Positions 10,531-22,849 of a stretch of 58,387 nucleotides of DNA are shown piece after piece; within the stretch, counting starts at the first letter, position 1; each line of letters begins with the position of its first letter. Made by a program: the position numbers and the translations under genes. A model generated the notes under the pieces. The model was given only the letters and a program-made list of their open reading frames with translations, searched no databases and was not told the DNA's origin. Where the stretch lies: NCBI GenBank assembly GCA_013239625.1, contig MU054187.1, positions 22,757,280 through 22,815,666 of the forward strand. The letters are read 5' to 3'. The stretch comes from Lama guanicoe. Taxonomy: Eukaryota.

Positions 10531-13500
10531 TTAGGAACAGGCTCTTCCCATCAAACCATTGCTAGTGCCAAGGGCTCTCTGCATTCACCCGTGCTGTACT
10601 TGAAAGCTCTGTTTTTCCCTTTGACTATTTTCCCTTCTTTTCCAAAGTGAATATTCTGTTGTGAGAACTTCTACCTCCCACGATGATCTCTAAGTGCAGC
10701 GTCTCCTGCATCGATGTGGATGGATGCACAAGAATAGAAGATGTTGTCAAGAGCTGATAAAATCCTTTCTAGGCATAAAGGAAAAAAATATTTATTAGCG
10801 TCTGGGGATATCACCAAGAAATTCTGGCAGGGAAGGGAATTAGGTCATTGGTAAAGAATAGATTTTGCCAAGACACAGTTTATTCAAGAAGGATACTGAT
10901 GGCAGCACTCTAAAAGATTATAAACTCTCTTCCCTAGAAAAGCACTGTATATTTTAACAGATTGCTGGAGCAGATGGAGACTTGACATTCACTACCATAA
11001 TTTACATTAACATGCTACCAGACAGATTTGCCTTGATAAGAAAAAAACCCCAGACCACTTCAGAATTTCAGAAACAGCTTTTCATCAGTTCATTTCATCT
11101 CATTGAAACTTGATTTGATTTAGTCAGTTATGAAAAGAGGGCTATCATAAATTTACACCAGGTATGATGAGATACTGCTGCAAAATCCTTTAAAACGCTC
11201 CACCTTCAAAAAATGTAATTCATAAAATTGATGATCTCTTGTTGCCAAATGTGTCTGTTTATTTCATTATGATGTTCCCTGCTTACTGAACTAGAACAGT
11301 GAATGATGCATCTGCTCGAGGAAACAGAGCAACATTTAAACACCTGTCCAGTATCATCACATATGTTTATACCTGTACTGAGAAGTCCTTTCTTTAACCG
11401 TGTAGATTCATTTTAGTAGTTAAAGTTCTTTGGTTTAGATTTTTCTCAATCAATTTAACATCAAAATGCTTTATGCTTGACACTGATCATGTACTCCTCA
11501 CTTTGGAAGACTCAATCTAGTTCAAGTTACTCTGTCAGTGAGCGTTCGGATTATTGAGTGGATTGTAGGAATATAAACACAATAGGAGTAAACAGATGGG
11601 ATCTGATCATAACTAAACAGTGAAATAATGGCTGTTCATGGGAGAAAAATGATCCGGCCGGTCTTCATAGTCTGTTCAGATCATAATTAGATGTTCTATG
11701 TAGGTGACATTCTTAGAGTACATGCTCAGTATACATTAGGTGACTTTGGTTTACTTTTTTATTGATTGGGCATATTACTTAAAACTTAGGCAAACGAAAA
11801 TTTTCTGGGCTTCAAGGTTAAAGATGGCCAAACATTACTGTCCTGAGTTTAAACTTAATATCTACAATGTTCAGGATCTTAAAAATATGGGGCTGTTTTC
11901 ACAGCATGGTTCTACTTGCTAATTCATAGTGACCTGTCTTAATTTACACAATAATGAGCTGCTGGAGTTTATTAAGTTGAAACATGAAAAATCCATTTGC
12001 AGTAACTTATTGCCATCAAAAGAAATGTGTATACCAAAGTCACATGCATCTTTGTTTTTTTTTTTACTATATTATATACATGCTCACTGTTTATTCAATC
12101 AGTTGAGACTGGTATATGAATCATCATTTCCAAAGCGAAGAAAGATTTATGAATTTTGATGCAAATGATGACGTATAGTGGGTCAGCATAAGACCAAGTA
12201 AATTAGCCAGTATGTTCAGTTCCATTCCACATATGGTCTGGGCTTTTAAGAAGCTCTGCATAACTCCTGGGTCATCTGCAAGAGCGTATGGCAGTTTATG
12301 TAAGGAAGCTATTCATTATCACCAACTACAGGAAAATGTTTTCAGGCAACAAAGAATTTATACTTAATGAGATGACAAAGCTCACAACTCTTTCAAGGAC
12401 TTGGGTAAGAAATAAAGTATGCTCTGGATTATCATTAGGAGATAAAGAAGCAACAGTTTTTCTGCTTGGAGTCATAGTAAGAATATTTCTGTTAAGTCCT
12501 ATTTTAAATGAATGGAAGAAAAAAGTCCCCACCATGTCAATTAGAATAGGAACATTAGTCTTTTTGGCACATGCTAATAAAATATTTTAAAGTAATTTTT
12601 TTTGGTATAATTGAGATAGCAGAGATTGGAGTAGAATAATAATCTATTTTGTAAGGCAGTGGAGCCTAGAATATAATCGAAGAAAAAACTGAAGAGAAAT
12701 GATTTTGGAAATACGGACTAGCTAATGTAGAGATAATTGAGGGAAGCTGGAAGACAGAGCTCCCTAATAGAACGCTGTTCAAATGAGGATGGTCTGAGAG
12801 AATAAGTTTTGGACATTGTTGTCATGTGACCTCATCCTACAGAAAGTGAAGCAGAGAAGGCTAGAGGAAGAAGCAAAAAAATTTTGTGGAGCCACCTGGT
12901 CCTTCCATTGATTAGTGCTCTCCTATCAAACAGATTGTAGCTATTATTATTTTTAAATAGCAAGAAGACTTCTATTTAGGGATCAAATGGATCATTGTGG
13001 GTGAACGGGTAAAATTCCCGCACCACATATAATGTGTGTCTGTAGGGTTGTATGAGGTATACGTGGGAAGTGGGTGGGTTGCAAGGAGACGGGAGTGGAG
13101 CATGGAGGGTGGGGAGGTACTATGGGGATCTATTTGTACTATCTGGTGCAAAAGACAGCTATGGTGGATGTGATACTCACTCTTCTCAATGCTCAATTCC
13201 TCTTCCTATGGAGCCAGAGACCTAACATGGATTTATGTTATTGCCTTTTTATTGGCGTCTGTGCAATTTTCCCAGATACCATTTTCACATGGGCTCTGAA
13301 GATGGGTATGATAAAAACTTTCTTGTGAAATGCTCTCCCTGGAACAGAAATGCATAATTCTAAACTGGGGATATGTCTCTTAGCCAGGAGTTGTTTCCAG
13401 CTCGCAACTAAATAAGGGCTGATTTAGATCCGCTGCTTCTTTGGAATGTCTGTCACAGCACTTAAAAGATCCCAATTGTTATTTATTCTATCACATTGGG

Positions 13501-14070
13501 AAGCATTCTGAATTTTTAGTCTCTGGGCTGAAATATTCAGCTTCCTCCTCCACAGTTGGATTCTCACCCGAAGCTGCTGATATTATATTCATAGGTTATC
13601 AAAGCGATGATCTGTCTGCTTGTCTATCTGTCTGTCACCTGCATGTGAATAAATACACGTAGATATCGCTATAAAGAATTGTGTGAACTGTGCCTGGTGA
13701 GGAGTATTGCTGTTGATCCACAAGAAAGTGGTAATCAGGCATCCTGTATCCAAGTAATAAGGAGCTTTGTGTCTTTGGGAAAATCACTTAATTTTTCAGT
13801 CTTTAGTTTTAAGAGGGTAAGAGAGCACAGGACAGTGGGATCCACCAGACACAGAAACAGCCGGGGCTCCTAAGAAATCGTGTTCCACCAGCTTTGCCTC
13901 AGGAAGAATTCCTGAGGGAGATGGGTCATCAGGGCACACACTGCTTGTTCCAGGGGAAAAAAATGCCTGTCTGACTTTGATGCAAAAGCAGAAGAAACTG
14001 AATCTGTAAAAATTACAGCACATGTGGATAAAGTTCATTCTACTTCCATAAAAAAAATTGACCCCTCTCA

Positions 14071-14346
14071 TAGGAGAAGGCGATCCAGATAGCGGAGTAG
14101 GAGGGTGTGGAACTCACCTCACCTCACAAGCATATCAAAGTACATCTAGATACGGAGCTGTTCTCACTGAAAATGAGATTGGCAGAAAGATTCATACAAC
14201 CAAGGCTGTAAGAAAGATCCGCATGGCTTTGGGTAGGGAGGGTGGAGATACAATCAGGTGGGGACCTGTGCTCCTAGGAGGGGACACAGAAGAAGAGGAG
14301 GCTATCACAGGCTTGGAGAGCCTTCCTGAGGGGTGAGCAGTTAGAA
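14071..14346 (+). mobile_element. Isolated LINE-1 5' UTR (promoter) fragment, 3'-truncated
   Basis: agatagcggagtaggagggtgtggaactcacctcacctcacaagcatatcaaagtacatc is a laurasiatherian L1 5' end (AAGATGGCGGAGTAGG-type), preceded by an A-rich target-like site. It is related to, but diverges from, the 5' end at 14501. Confidence 0.75.
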
Positions 14347-14360
14347 TATTTTCTTTGTCT

Positions 14361-14485
14361 ATAACCACCCAACAGGGACAAACTCGTGTGCTCTCCTTGG
14401 AGAAGAATGTTGTTTTTGTATAGATAAATCAGGAAAGGTAGTCCAACAGTTAGCAATATTAAAGGCTAATAGTTCTGTCTTTAAA
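14361..14485 (+). pseudogene. env: ERV (class I, gamma-like) env transmembrane-subunit remnant, 5' piece
   Basis: 14361-14384 translates ITTQQGQT. After a 2-nt insertion, 14387 onward reads CALLGEECCFCIDKSGKVVQQLAILKANSSVFK: the end of the immunosuppressive domain, the CX6CC motif and a heptad repeat. Confidence 0.85.
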
Positions 14486-15574
14486 AAAAAAAGACTATGT
14501 GGATTTGGGCCAAGATGGCAGAGTAAAAAGACCCTGAGCTCACATCCTCTCATGAGCATACCAAAATCACAACTATCACAGGGTAATTATTTATGAAAAA
14601 GACTGAAACCTACCGGAAAAGATCTACAGCTAAAGACATAAAGAAGAAACCACAATGAGACCAGTAGGAGAGGCAGACTTGCATTATCAAATCCCATACC
14701 CACTGTGTGGGTAACCCACAAGCTGGAGGATAATTACATTGCAGGAGTTCTCCCACAGGAGCAGGAGTTCTGAGCCCCACATCAAACTCCTCAGCCTGGG
14801 GGATCCAGAATCAGGAAGATAAGCCCCTAGAGCATTTGGCTTTGAAGACTAGTGAGATTTAATTGCAGGAGCCCCACAGGACTGGGGGAAATAGGGACTT
14901 AGTGTATACAAAATCTCAGTGCACTAGGACACAGGGTGAAAGAAGTAATTTGTTAGGAAACTGAGCCAGATCTACCTGCTGGTGTTGGAAATTCTCCTGG
15001 AGAGGCAGGGGGTGGCTGTGGCTTACCCTTTGGACGTAGACACTGGTGACAGACATACTGGAGAACATGCAGCCATGTGAACATCACTGATGTTGGCAGC
15101 TAACATCTAAGCTCATTAGCTCCAAGACCTGGCCCCGCCAAACAACCTACAGGTGACAGTGCTGGAACACCTCAAGACAATCAACTGGGCGGGGACACAG
15201 TCCCACCCATCAGCAGTTCTTTAGTCTGTCTAAAGACTAAAGAGTCCTCAGCCACCTCTGGGATTGCCCCTAGACACAGCCCAGCCCACCAGAAGGCCAA
15301 GATCCAGCTCCACCCACCAGTGGACAGGTACCAACTCCTCCTGCCAACAAGCCTGTACAACCTTCTAGACCAGCCTCATCCACCAGGGGAAAGACACCAG
15401 AAGCAAGAAAACTATGGTCCCACAACACAGGCTACACCCTACCCTGGGATCACTTGGGCCCTGGCCCAGCCCACTAGCAGGCCAATACAATCTTTGAGAC
15501 ACCCTGGACCCTATACCCAACTATGTCAGAAACTGACCACCCCCCTAAAAAAATTCTGATATGAGTTCTTGTTT

Positions 15575-15881
15575 AATGAAAAAAATTAAAGATTAAGAGA
15601 GAATACTAAAAGCAGTAAGGAAAAAGCAACAAATAACATATAAGAGAACTTCCATAAGGCTATCAGCTGATTTTTCTGCAGAAACTCTGCAGCCCAGAAG
15701 GGAGTGGCACAATATATTTAAAGTGATGGAAGATAAAAACCTACAACCAAGAAAACTCTACCCATCAAGGCTCTCCTTCAGATTTGATGGAGAGATCAAA
15801 AGCTTCATATACAAGCAAAAGCTAAAAGAATTCAGCACCACCAAACCAGCTTTACTGGAAATGTTAAAGGAAATTCTCTAG
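15575..15881 (+). pseudogene. L1 ORF1p C-terminal remnant
   Basis: Translates as ..ERILKAVRKKQQITYKRTSIRLSADFSAETLQPRREWHNIFKVM.., the typical ORF1p CTD. Confidence 0.9.
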
Positions 15882-18800
15882 GTGAAAAAGAAAAGGCTAC
15901 AACTAGAAACGAGAAAATTACAAAATGAAAAATTTCACCAGTAAGGCAAAGATAAAGGAAAAGTGGGAAATCATCCACACACAAAGCTAGTAGGGAAGTT
16001 AAAAACCAAAAGAAGTAAAACCATCTGTATCCACAATAAGCAGTTAAGGTTTACACAAAACAATTAGACATAAAATGTGACATCAAAACCAGTAATTGTG
16101 ACAGGAAGAGAGTACAAATGCAGCATATTTTAAATGTATTTGAAATTAAGAGATCAGCAACTTAAAACAATCACATGTATATATATATAGAATGCTATAT
16201 GAAAAACCTCAAGGTAATGTAAATCAAAAATCTGTAATAGACACATAAAAAAGAAAAATGAATTCAAACATTACACTAAAGATAGTCACCAAATCACAAG
16301 AGAAGAAAACAAAAGAAGAAAGGGGAAAAAAAGATCTACAAAAACAAATTTAAAAAAAAAGGCAATAAGAACAAAGATATCAATAAGAAACTCAAATATA
16401 AAGACAAAATTCTCCAACCAAAAGAGACAGACTGGCTGAATGGGTTAAAAAAAAAGACAAAACAAAAACAAGACACACATATATTTGCTACCTACAAGAG
16501 ACTCACTTCAGATCTAGAGACACAAACTGAAGTGAGGAGATAGAAAAACATATTCCACGCAAATGGAAATCAAAAGAAAGAAGGAGTAGCAGTACTTATA
16601 TCAGACAAAATTGCCTTTAAAACAAAGACTGTTATAAGAGACAAAGGATGCTGCATAATGATCAAGGGATGAATCCAAGAGGAAGACATAACAATTGTAA
16701 ATAGATATGCACCCAACATAGGAGAAATATATAATATAAGGGCATATATAAGGGACATAAAAGGAGAAATCAACAGTAGCACAATAATAGTAGAGGATTT
16801 TACAGCAATGGACAGATCATCCAGACAGAAAATCAATAAGGAAACACAGGCCTTAAATAACACATTAGACCAAATGGACTTAATTAATAGTCATAGAGCA
16901 TTCCACCTGAAAGCAGCAGAATACACATTCTTCTCTAGTGCACGTGAAACATTCTCCAGGACGGATCACATGTGAGGCCACAAAACAAGCCTTGGTAAAT
17001 TTAAGAAAATTGAAATTATATCAAGCATCCTTTCTGACCACAAGGCTATGAGACTAGAAATCAACTGCAAGGGGAAAAAACTGCAAAGACCACAAACACG
17101 TGGAGGCTAAACAATATGCTGCTAAACAGCCAATGGATCACTGAAATAATCAAAGAGGAAATCAAAAATACCTAGAGACAGATGAAAACAAAAACACGAT
17201 CCAAAACCTACAAGATGCAGCAAAAGCAGTTCTAAGAAGAAAGTTTATACTGATACAAGCTTCCCTCAGGATATAAGAAAAATGTCAAATAAACAACATA
17301 ACCTTTCCCATAAAGCAACTAGACAAAGAAAAACAAACAAATCCAAAGTTATCAGAAGGAAAGAAATCATAAAGATCAGAGCAGATATAAATGAAAGAAA
17401 GACTAAAAAAGTAATAGATAAGATCAATGAAACTAAAAGCTTGTTCTTTGAAAAGATAAAGAAAATTTATAAACCTTTAGCCAGACTCATCAAGAAGAAA
17501 AGGGAGAGTGCCCAAGTCAATAAAATCAGAAATGAAACAGGAGAAGTTACAACTGACACCAATGAAATACAAAGGATCATAAGAGACTACTATGAGCAAA
17601 TACACACCAGTAAAATAGACAACCTAGAAAAAATGGACACATTCTTAGAAGGGTACTATCTCCGAAGACTGAACCAGGAAGAAACAGAAACTATTAACAG
17701 ACCAATTTCCAGTACTGAAACTGAATCAACAAACAAGCAAACAAAAGTCTAGGACCAGATAGCTTCACAGGTGAATTCTACCAAACATTTAGAGAAGAGT
17801 TAACACCCATACTTCTGAAGGTATTCCAAAAAATTGCAGAGGACGGAACACATTCCATCTCACTCTATGAGGCCAATATCACTCTGATACCAAAACCAGA
17901 CAAATACATCAAAAAAGAAAATTACAGGCCAATATCACTGATGAACATAGATGCAAAAGTCCTCAACAAAATACTAGCAAACCAAATACAACAATACATT
18001 AAAAAGATCACACACAATGATCGAGTGGGATTTATCCCAGGGATGCAAGGATTTTTCAATATACACAAATCAATGTGACACACCACATTAACAAATTAAA
18101 GAATAAAAACCATATGATCATCTCAATAGATGCAAAAAAAAACTTTTGATAAAATTCAACATCCATTTATGATAAATACTCTCCAGAAGGTGGGCATAGA
18201 GGCAACATACCTCAATATGATAAAGGCCATCCAATGACAAAGCTACAGCTAACAACATAATCAATGGTGAAAAGCTAAAAGTATTTCCTCTAAGATCAGG
18301 AACAAGACAAAGATGCTCACTCTCACCATTTTTATTCAATGTAGTTCTGGAAGTCCTTGCCACAGCAATCAGAGAAGAAAAAGAAATAAAAGGAATCCAA
18401 ATTGGAAAGGAAGAAGTAAAACTGTTACTGTTTCCAGATGACATGATACTTTACATAGAAAATCCTAAAGATGCCACCAGAATAATACTAGAGCTTATCA
18501 ATGCATTCAGTAAAGTTGCAAAATACAAAGTTAATATACAGAAATGTGTTGTATTTCTATACACTAACAATGAACTATCAGAAAGAGAAATTAAGGAAAC
18601 AATTCCATTTACCATCACATCAAAAAGAATAAAACACCTAGAATTAAGTCTACCTAAAGAGGCAAAAGACCTATTTTCCCAAAACTGTAAGATGCTGATG
18701 AAAGAAATTGAAGACAACACAAACAGATGGGAAGATATACTGTGTTCTTGGATTGGAAGAATGATATTATTAAAATGACCATACTAACCAAAGCAATCTA

Positions 18801-19179
18801 AAGCTTCAAAGCAATTCCTATCAAATTGTCAATTGTATTTATTCACAAACTGGAACAAAAATTTAAAAATATGTATGGAAACACAAAAGAATCTGAATAG
18901 CCAAAACAATCTTGAGAAAGAAAAACAGAGCTGGAGAAATCATGCTCCCTGACTTCAGACTATACCACAAAGCTACACTAGTCAAAACAGTGTGGTACTG
19001 GCACAAAAACAGACACATAGATCAACAGAACAGTATAGAAAGCCCAGAAATAAACCCATGCACTTATGGTCAATTAATCTGTGACAAAGGAGGCAAGAAT
19101 ATACAATGGAGAAAAGACAAGTTTTTCAATAAGTGGTGCTGGACAGCTACACATAAAAGAATTAAATTAGAAAATTCTC

Positions 19180-19436
19180 GCCAGGGGGTCGGGGAGTGGG
19201 AAGGGACTGCAATTTCAAAATGTAGAATAGCTAAACAAGATTGTATTGTGTAGCACAGGGAAATGTATATAGGATCTTGTGGTGGCTCACAGCGAAGGAG
19301 AACGTGACAATGAATGTATGTATGTATGTTCATGTGTAACTGAAAAATTGTGCTCTACACTGGAATTTGACACAACATTGTAAAATGACTGTAACTCAAT
19401 AAAAAAAAGTTTATATATTTGAAAAAAAAAAGAAAA
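19180..19436 (+). mobile_element. Younger camelid-type L1 3' end nested in the older L1 ORF2
   Basis: Same 3' UTR as 33131-33901, with an A-tail. TSD agaaaattctc (19169-19179) / agaaaattccc (19437-19447); host ORF2 resumes collinearly. Confidence 0.9.
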
Positions 19437-20264
19437 AGAAAATTCCCTAACACCATATACAAAAATAAACACAAAATGGGTTAAAGACCTAAATGATACT
19501 CTAAAACTCCTAGAGGAAAACATAGGTAGAACACTGTGACATGAATAGCAGTAATACAAATATATATATTTGGATCCATATCCTAGAGTAATGGAAACAA
19601 AAGCAAAAATAAACAAATGGGACCAACTAAACTTAAAAGCTTTTTCACAGCAAAAGAAGCCATAAACAAAATGAAAGACAACTTACTGAATGGGAGAAAA
19701 TATTTGCAAATGATGCAACCAACATGGGCTTAATTTCCAAAATATGCAAATAGCTCATACAACTCAATATCAAAAACAGAAACAACTCAATCAAAAAATG
19801 GACAGAAGACCTAAAAAGACATTTCTTCAAAGAAGACATACAGATGGCCAACAGGCACATGAAAAGATGTTAAATAATACTAATTATTAGAGAAATGCAA
19901 ATCAAAACCACAATGAGGTATCACCTCACACCAGTCAGAAAGGCCATTATCAAAAAGTCTAGAAATAATAAATGCTGGAGAGGGTGTGGAGAAAAGGGAA
20001 ACCTCCCACGCTGTTGGTGGGAATGTAAACTGGTGCAGCCACTATGGAAAACAGTAAGGAGGTTCCTTAAAAATCTAAAAATAGTATTACTATGTGATCC
20101 TGCAATCCCACTCCTGGGCATATATCCAAAAAAGGTCAAAACTAATTTAAAAAGATTCATATGCCCCAGTATCCATAGCAGTGCTGTTTATAATAACCAA
20201 GACATGGAAACAACCTAAATGTCCATCAACAGATGCCTGGATAAAGGCAATCCAATTTTATATG

Positions 20265-20266
<2 letters not shown>

Positions 20267-20314
<48 letters not shown>
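20267..20314. repeat. (CA)n microsatellite within L1
   Basis: Uninterrupted run of about 23 AC units. Confidence 0.95.
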
Positions 20315-20316
<2 letters not shown>

Positions 20317-20765
20317 GGAGTATTACTCAGCCACAAAAAATAATGATATAATGCTATTTGCAGCAACACGGATGGACCTAAACATTATCATACTAAGTAG
20401 AGTAAGTTGCACAGAGAAAGACAAATGTCATATATCCCTTGAAATCTATGAAATCTAAAAAAAAAAGATGCAAATGAACTTATAAAACACAAATGGACTC
20501 ACAGACTTAGAAAACGAACTTGTGGTTATCAAAGGGGAACAGAGTCGGGAGTGGTAGTTTAGGAATTTGGGCTTAACAGATACACTCTACTATACGTAAA
20601 ATAGATACTCAACAAAAACCTACTGTATAGCATGGAAAACTAATATCTTGTAATAAACTGTAATGGAAAATAATCTGAGAAAGAATATATGTATTTATAA
20701 GTGAGTCGCTTTTGCTGATTCACTGTATACCTGAAACACTGTAAATCTACTATACTTCAATTTTT

Positions 20766-21258
20766 AAATGAAGTCTCTTGGTACTAGACAGAACTATTTC
20801 ATTGGTTGCCTTCTGGGTGTAAGACCCCTTTGAGGCCAGGACTACAGTTGGTATCACTAACTGTTATTTTAGACCTATCTGTTTGGTTGGTTGTAATTCA
20901 AATTAATTGTGGTATTAACTCAAAAATATTTAAATACCTGATCTGCTAGGATCACGGGGAACCAGAAATTGGAGACTTTTCATTGAGCCTTTGCCTCCTA
21001 CTTGCCACTTGGTCCCTGAGAGGTCAACTAGCACCAGGGTCTTGACTGAGATGTGACTTGCCTGAGACCATACTCCTAAGGCTCCTTGCTACTCAGATGT
21101 GACTGAAGCCTGAAATTCTCTCCTCTCGCTCCTTGTCCCCTAAGGCAGCCTTCCTGGGACAGGTCCATCTTAGCTCCATGGAACAAAACATCTAAACAAT
21201 ATAAAAAGTTGTTCATCCATGCTTTCTGGAGAAAAGACTTTCATCAAAAGGGAGGAAA
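20766..21258 (+). mobile_element. env: ERV1 internal 3' end: env membrane-proximal/TM remnant, 3' non-coding region and polypurine tract
   Basis: From 20767: NEVSWY*TELFHWLPSGCKTPLRPGLQLVSLTVILDLSVWLVV (Trp-rich membrane-proximal region plus hydrophobic anchor). PPT aaaagggaggaaa at 21246-21258 directly precedes the LTR TG. Confidence 0.8.
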
Positions 21259-21749
21259 TGATGACCGTTTGAAATCATAACAGAGTAATCATAGTTCGGG
21301 CGTACAAATTGGAGTTGGATTTCCACTGAGGAGCTGGTATCAGAGACACCCCTGCATCACTGAGAATTTGAAAGTCCTGTGAACTCTACCAAACTCAAAC
21401 CAGCCATTTTTAAAACAGCATCTGCTTGCTACAACCTTGTGTTCTCAAGGTTTTCCCCCCTTATAACTCTCCGACCTTGAATCCCAACCGATTTTTGCTT
21501 AACAAGCATCCTTACTGCTTGCCAACTCTAATTATAATTCTTAATGAACAACTCATATAACCAACTGTGGCCTTGTGTTTTTTGCCTTTATAAGTTTTTT
21601 GTTTTTGTTTTTGTTTCCATTTTGTAGTCCAATGGAACACAATTCAAGCACTTCTTGTGTCTGTATCTCCTGGGCTGCAGTCTTAACAAACCCGAAATGA
21701 ATGCCTCTTTATTTCAATCAGGACTCTGCTTCTGAAATTTTGGCTAACA
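21259..21749 (+). mobile_element. ERV1-class 3' LTR (491 bp)
   Basis: Starts TGATG right after the PPT and ends ...ggctaaCA. TATA-like ctttataa at ~21586, degraded polyA signal aatgaa at ~21696. Confidence 0.85.
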
Positions 21750-21772
21750 AAGGTATTGTTGAGAATTTGAAA

Positions 21773-21844
21773 TACAATCTGCCACCAGAGGCAACCAACT
21801 AGTGAATATTATATTCACATGTCATCCTTCAAAAAACTTGCCAA
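21773..21844 (+). repeat. 72-bp dispersed direct repeat, copy A (copy B at 23061-23132)
   Basis: First 31 bp identical (tacaatctgccaccagaggcaaccaactagt); next 41 bp align ungapped at 26/41. Confidence 0.9.
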
Positions 21845-21869
21845 GGGGACAATGCTGTGCACTTTTCCT

Positions 21870-22720
21870 TTAATATTCAATCTTGGAAGTGTCTCCTATG
21901 TTAACGTCAGATCAAATTAATTTTTTATAATGATTTTAAGGCATTCCATTCCATTCAGACATTCCATGTATTATCTTTCATTATTTTAAAAACTACTTTC
22001 ATACAAAAATTTAAGTTATTCCAATATTTTTGCTATTAGAAAGTGACGATGTGATGACTGATCTTTGAGATATTTTCATGGAATTTTGCAATATCATCCT
22101 GAAGGTAAGTTCTTTGAAATGGAATTGGTGAATCAAAACATATGTGCTTTTAAGTTTGTGATATATTTTGCCAAACTGCCTCTCCCAGGGCTGTGTTAAT
22201 TTACATTCTTATCAATAGTGAATGAAAGTGCTTTGTTTCCCACATCTTGGTCTGTACTTGGTGTCACACAACTTTACAATTTTACCAAGCTGACAGATAA
22301 AACATAGTATCTCATTCCTATTTTGGTTTCAGTTTGTTTATATATGAGTGAGGCTGAGCATTTTCTACTAGTTTATTGGCCTTTAAAATTTTTTTTATTT
22401 GAGGATGGGAGGAGGTAATTATATTTATATTATCTTTTGTTCTTATTAATATAAGCCCTTTGAGTATTAACAACTAGCTTCTGTCTGTCATATATATTGC
22501 ACATTTTTATCCTTTTTTCATTGGATAAGGTATTTGCTATCATTTAAAAATTTTCTGTAACTTAAGTAATTAATCTTATGTATTTTAATGTAATAGTTAT
22601 GTCATCCTTAGAAAGTTCTTCTTCTCATCAAAATTGTAAATACGCACACTTGCATTTTTTATAGAATTTTAGTGGCTTCTTTTTTTTAAAAGTTTAAGTC
22701 TTTGAAACTTCTAGAATGTG
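21870..22720 (-). mobile_element. Ancient L1 (L1MC/L1ME-type) 3' ORF2 fragment
   Basis: Antisense L1 hallmarks: ttttgccaaactgcctctcc, aatttacattcttatcaatagtg, tatctcatt, gagtgaggctgagcattt. Confidence 0.75.
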
Positions 22721-22849
22721 TTTCCCACTGCTAATTCATGGATGAGGATAATTGGCTTCCTTCAGTCACATGGCTAGTAAGTGTCAGAGTCAAAACAAAA
22801 GCTACAGCTTTTTGATACCCAGAGTCTGGCACTTCCACTAATGATGATG

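Larger units (their letters stand above)
16360..20430 (+). pseudogene. L1 ORF2p (endonuclease/reverse transcriptase) pseudogene
   Basis: ORF-track fragments 17282..17752, 18443..18778, 18912..19253 and 19895..20218. The RT motif reads FPDDM at 18431-18445 (consensus FADDM). Many stops and frameshifts. Confidence 0.93.
14501..20765 (+). mobile_element. LINE-1, near full length (~6.3 kb), inactivated, with internal 5'UTR/ORF1 deletion
   Basis: 5' end ccaagatggcagagtaaaaagaccctgagctcac; ORF1 C-terminus 15575-15881; ORF2 from ~16360 (EN, RT, Cys-rich C-terminus); 3' UTR ending tatacttcaattttt. No convincing TSD found. Confidence 0.95.

Noticed and set aside
14046..20780. TSD enclosing both L1 5' ends and the L1 body as one insertion (aaattgacccctctc vs aaatgaagtctctt)
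   Set aside because: Similarity is too weak, and the right-hand sequence translates as the continuation of env.
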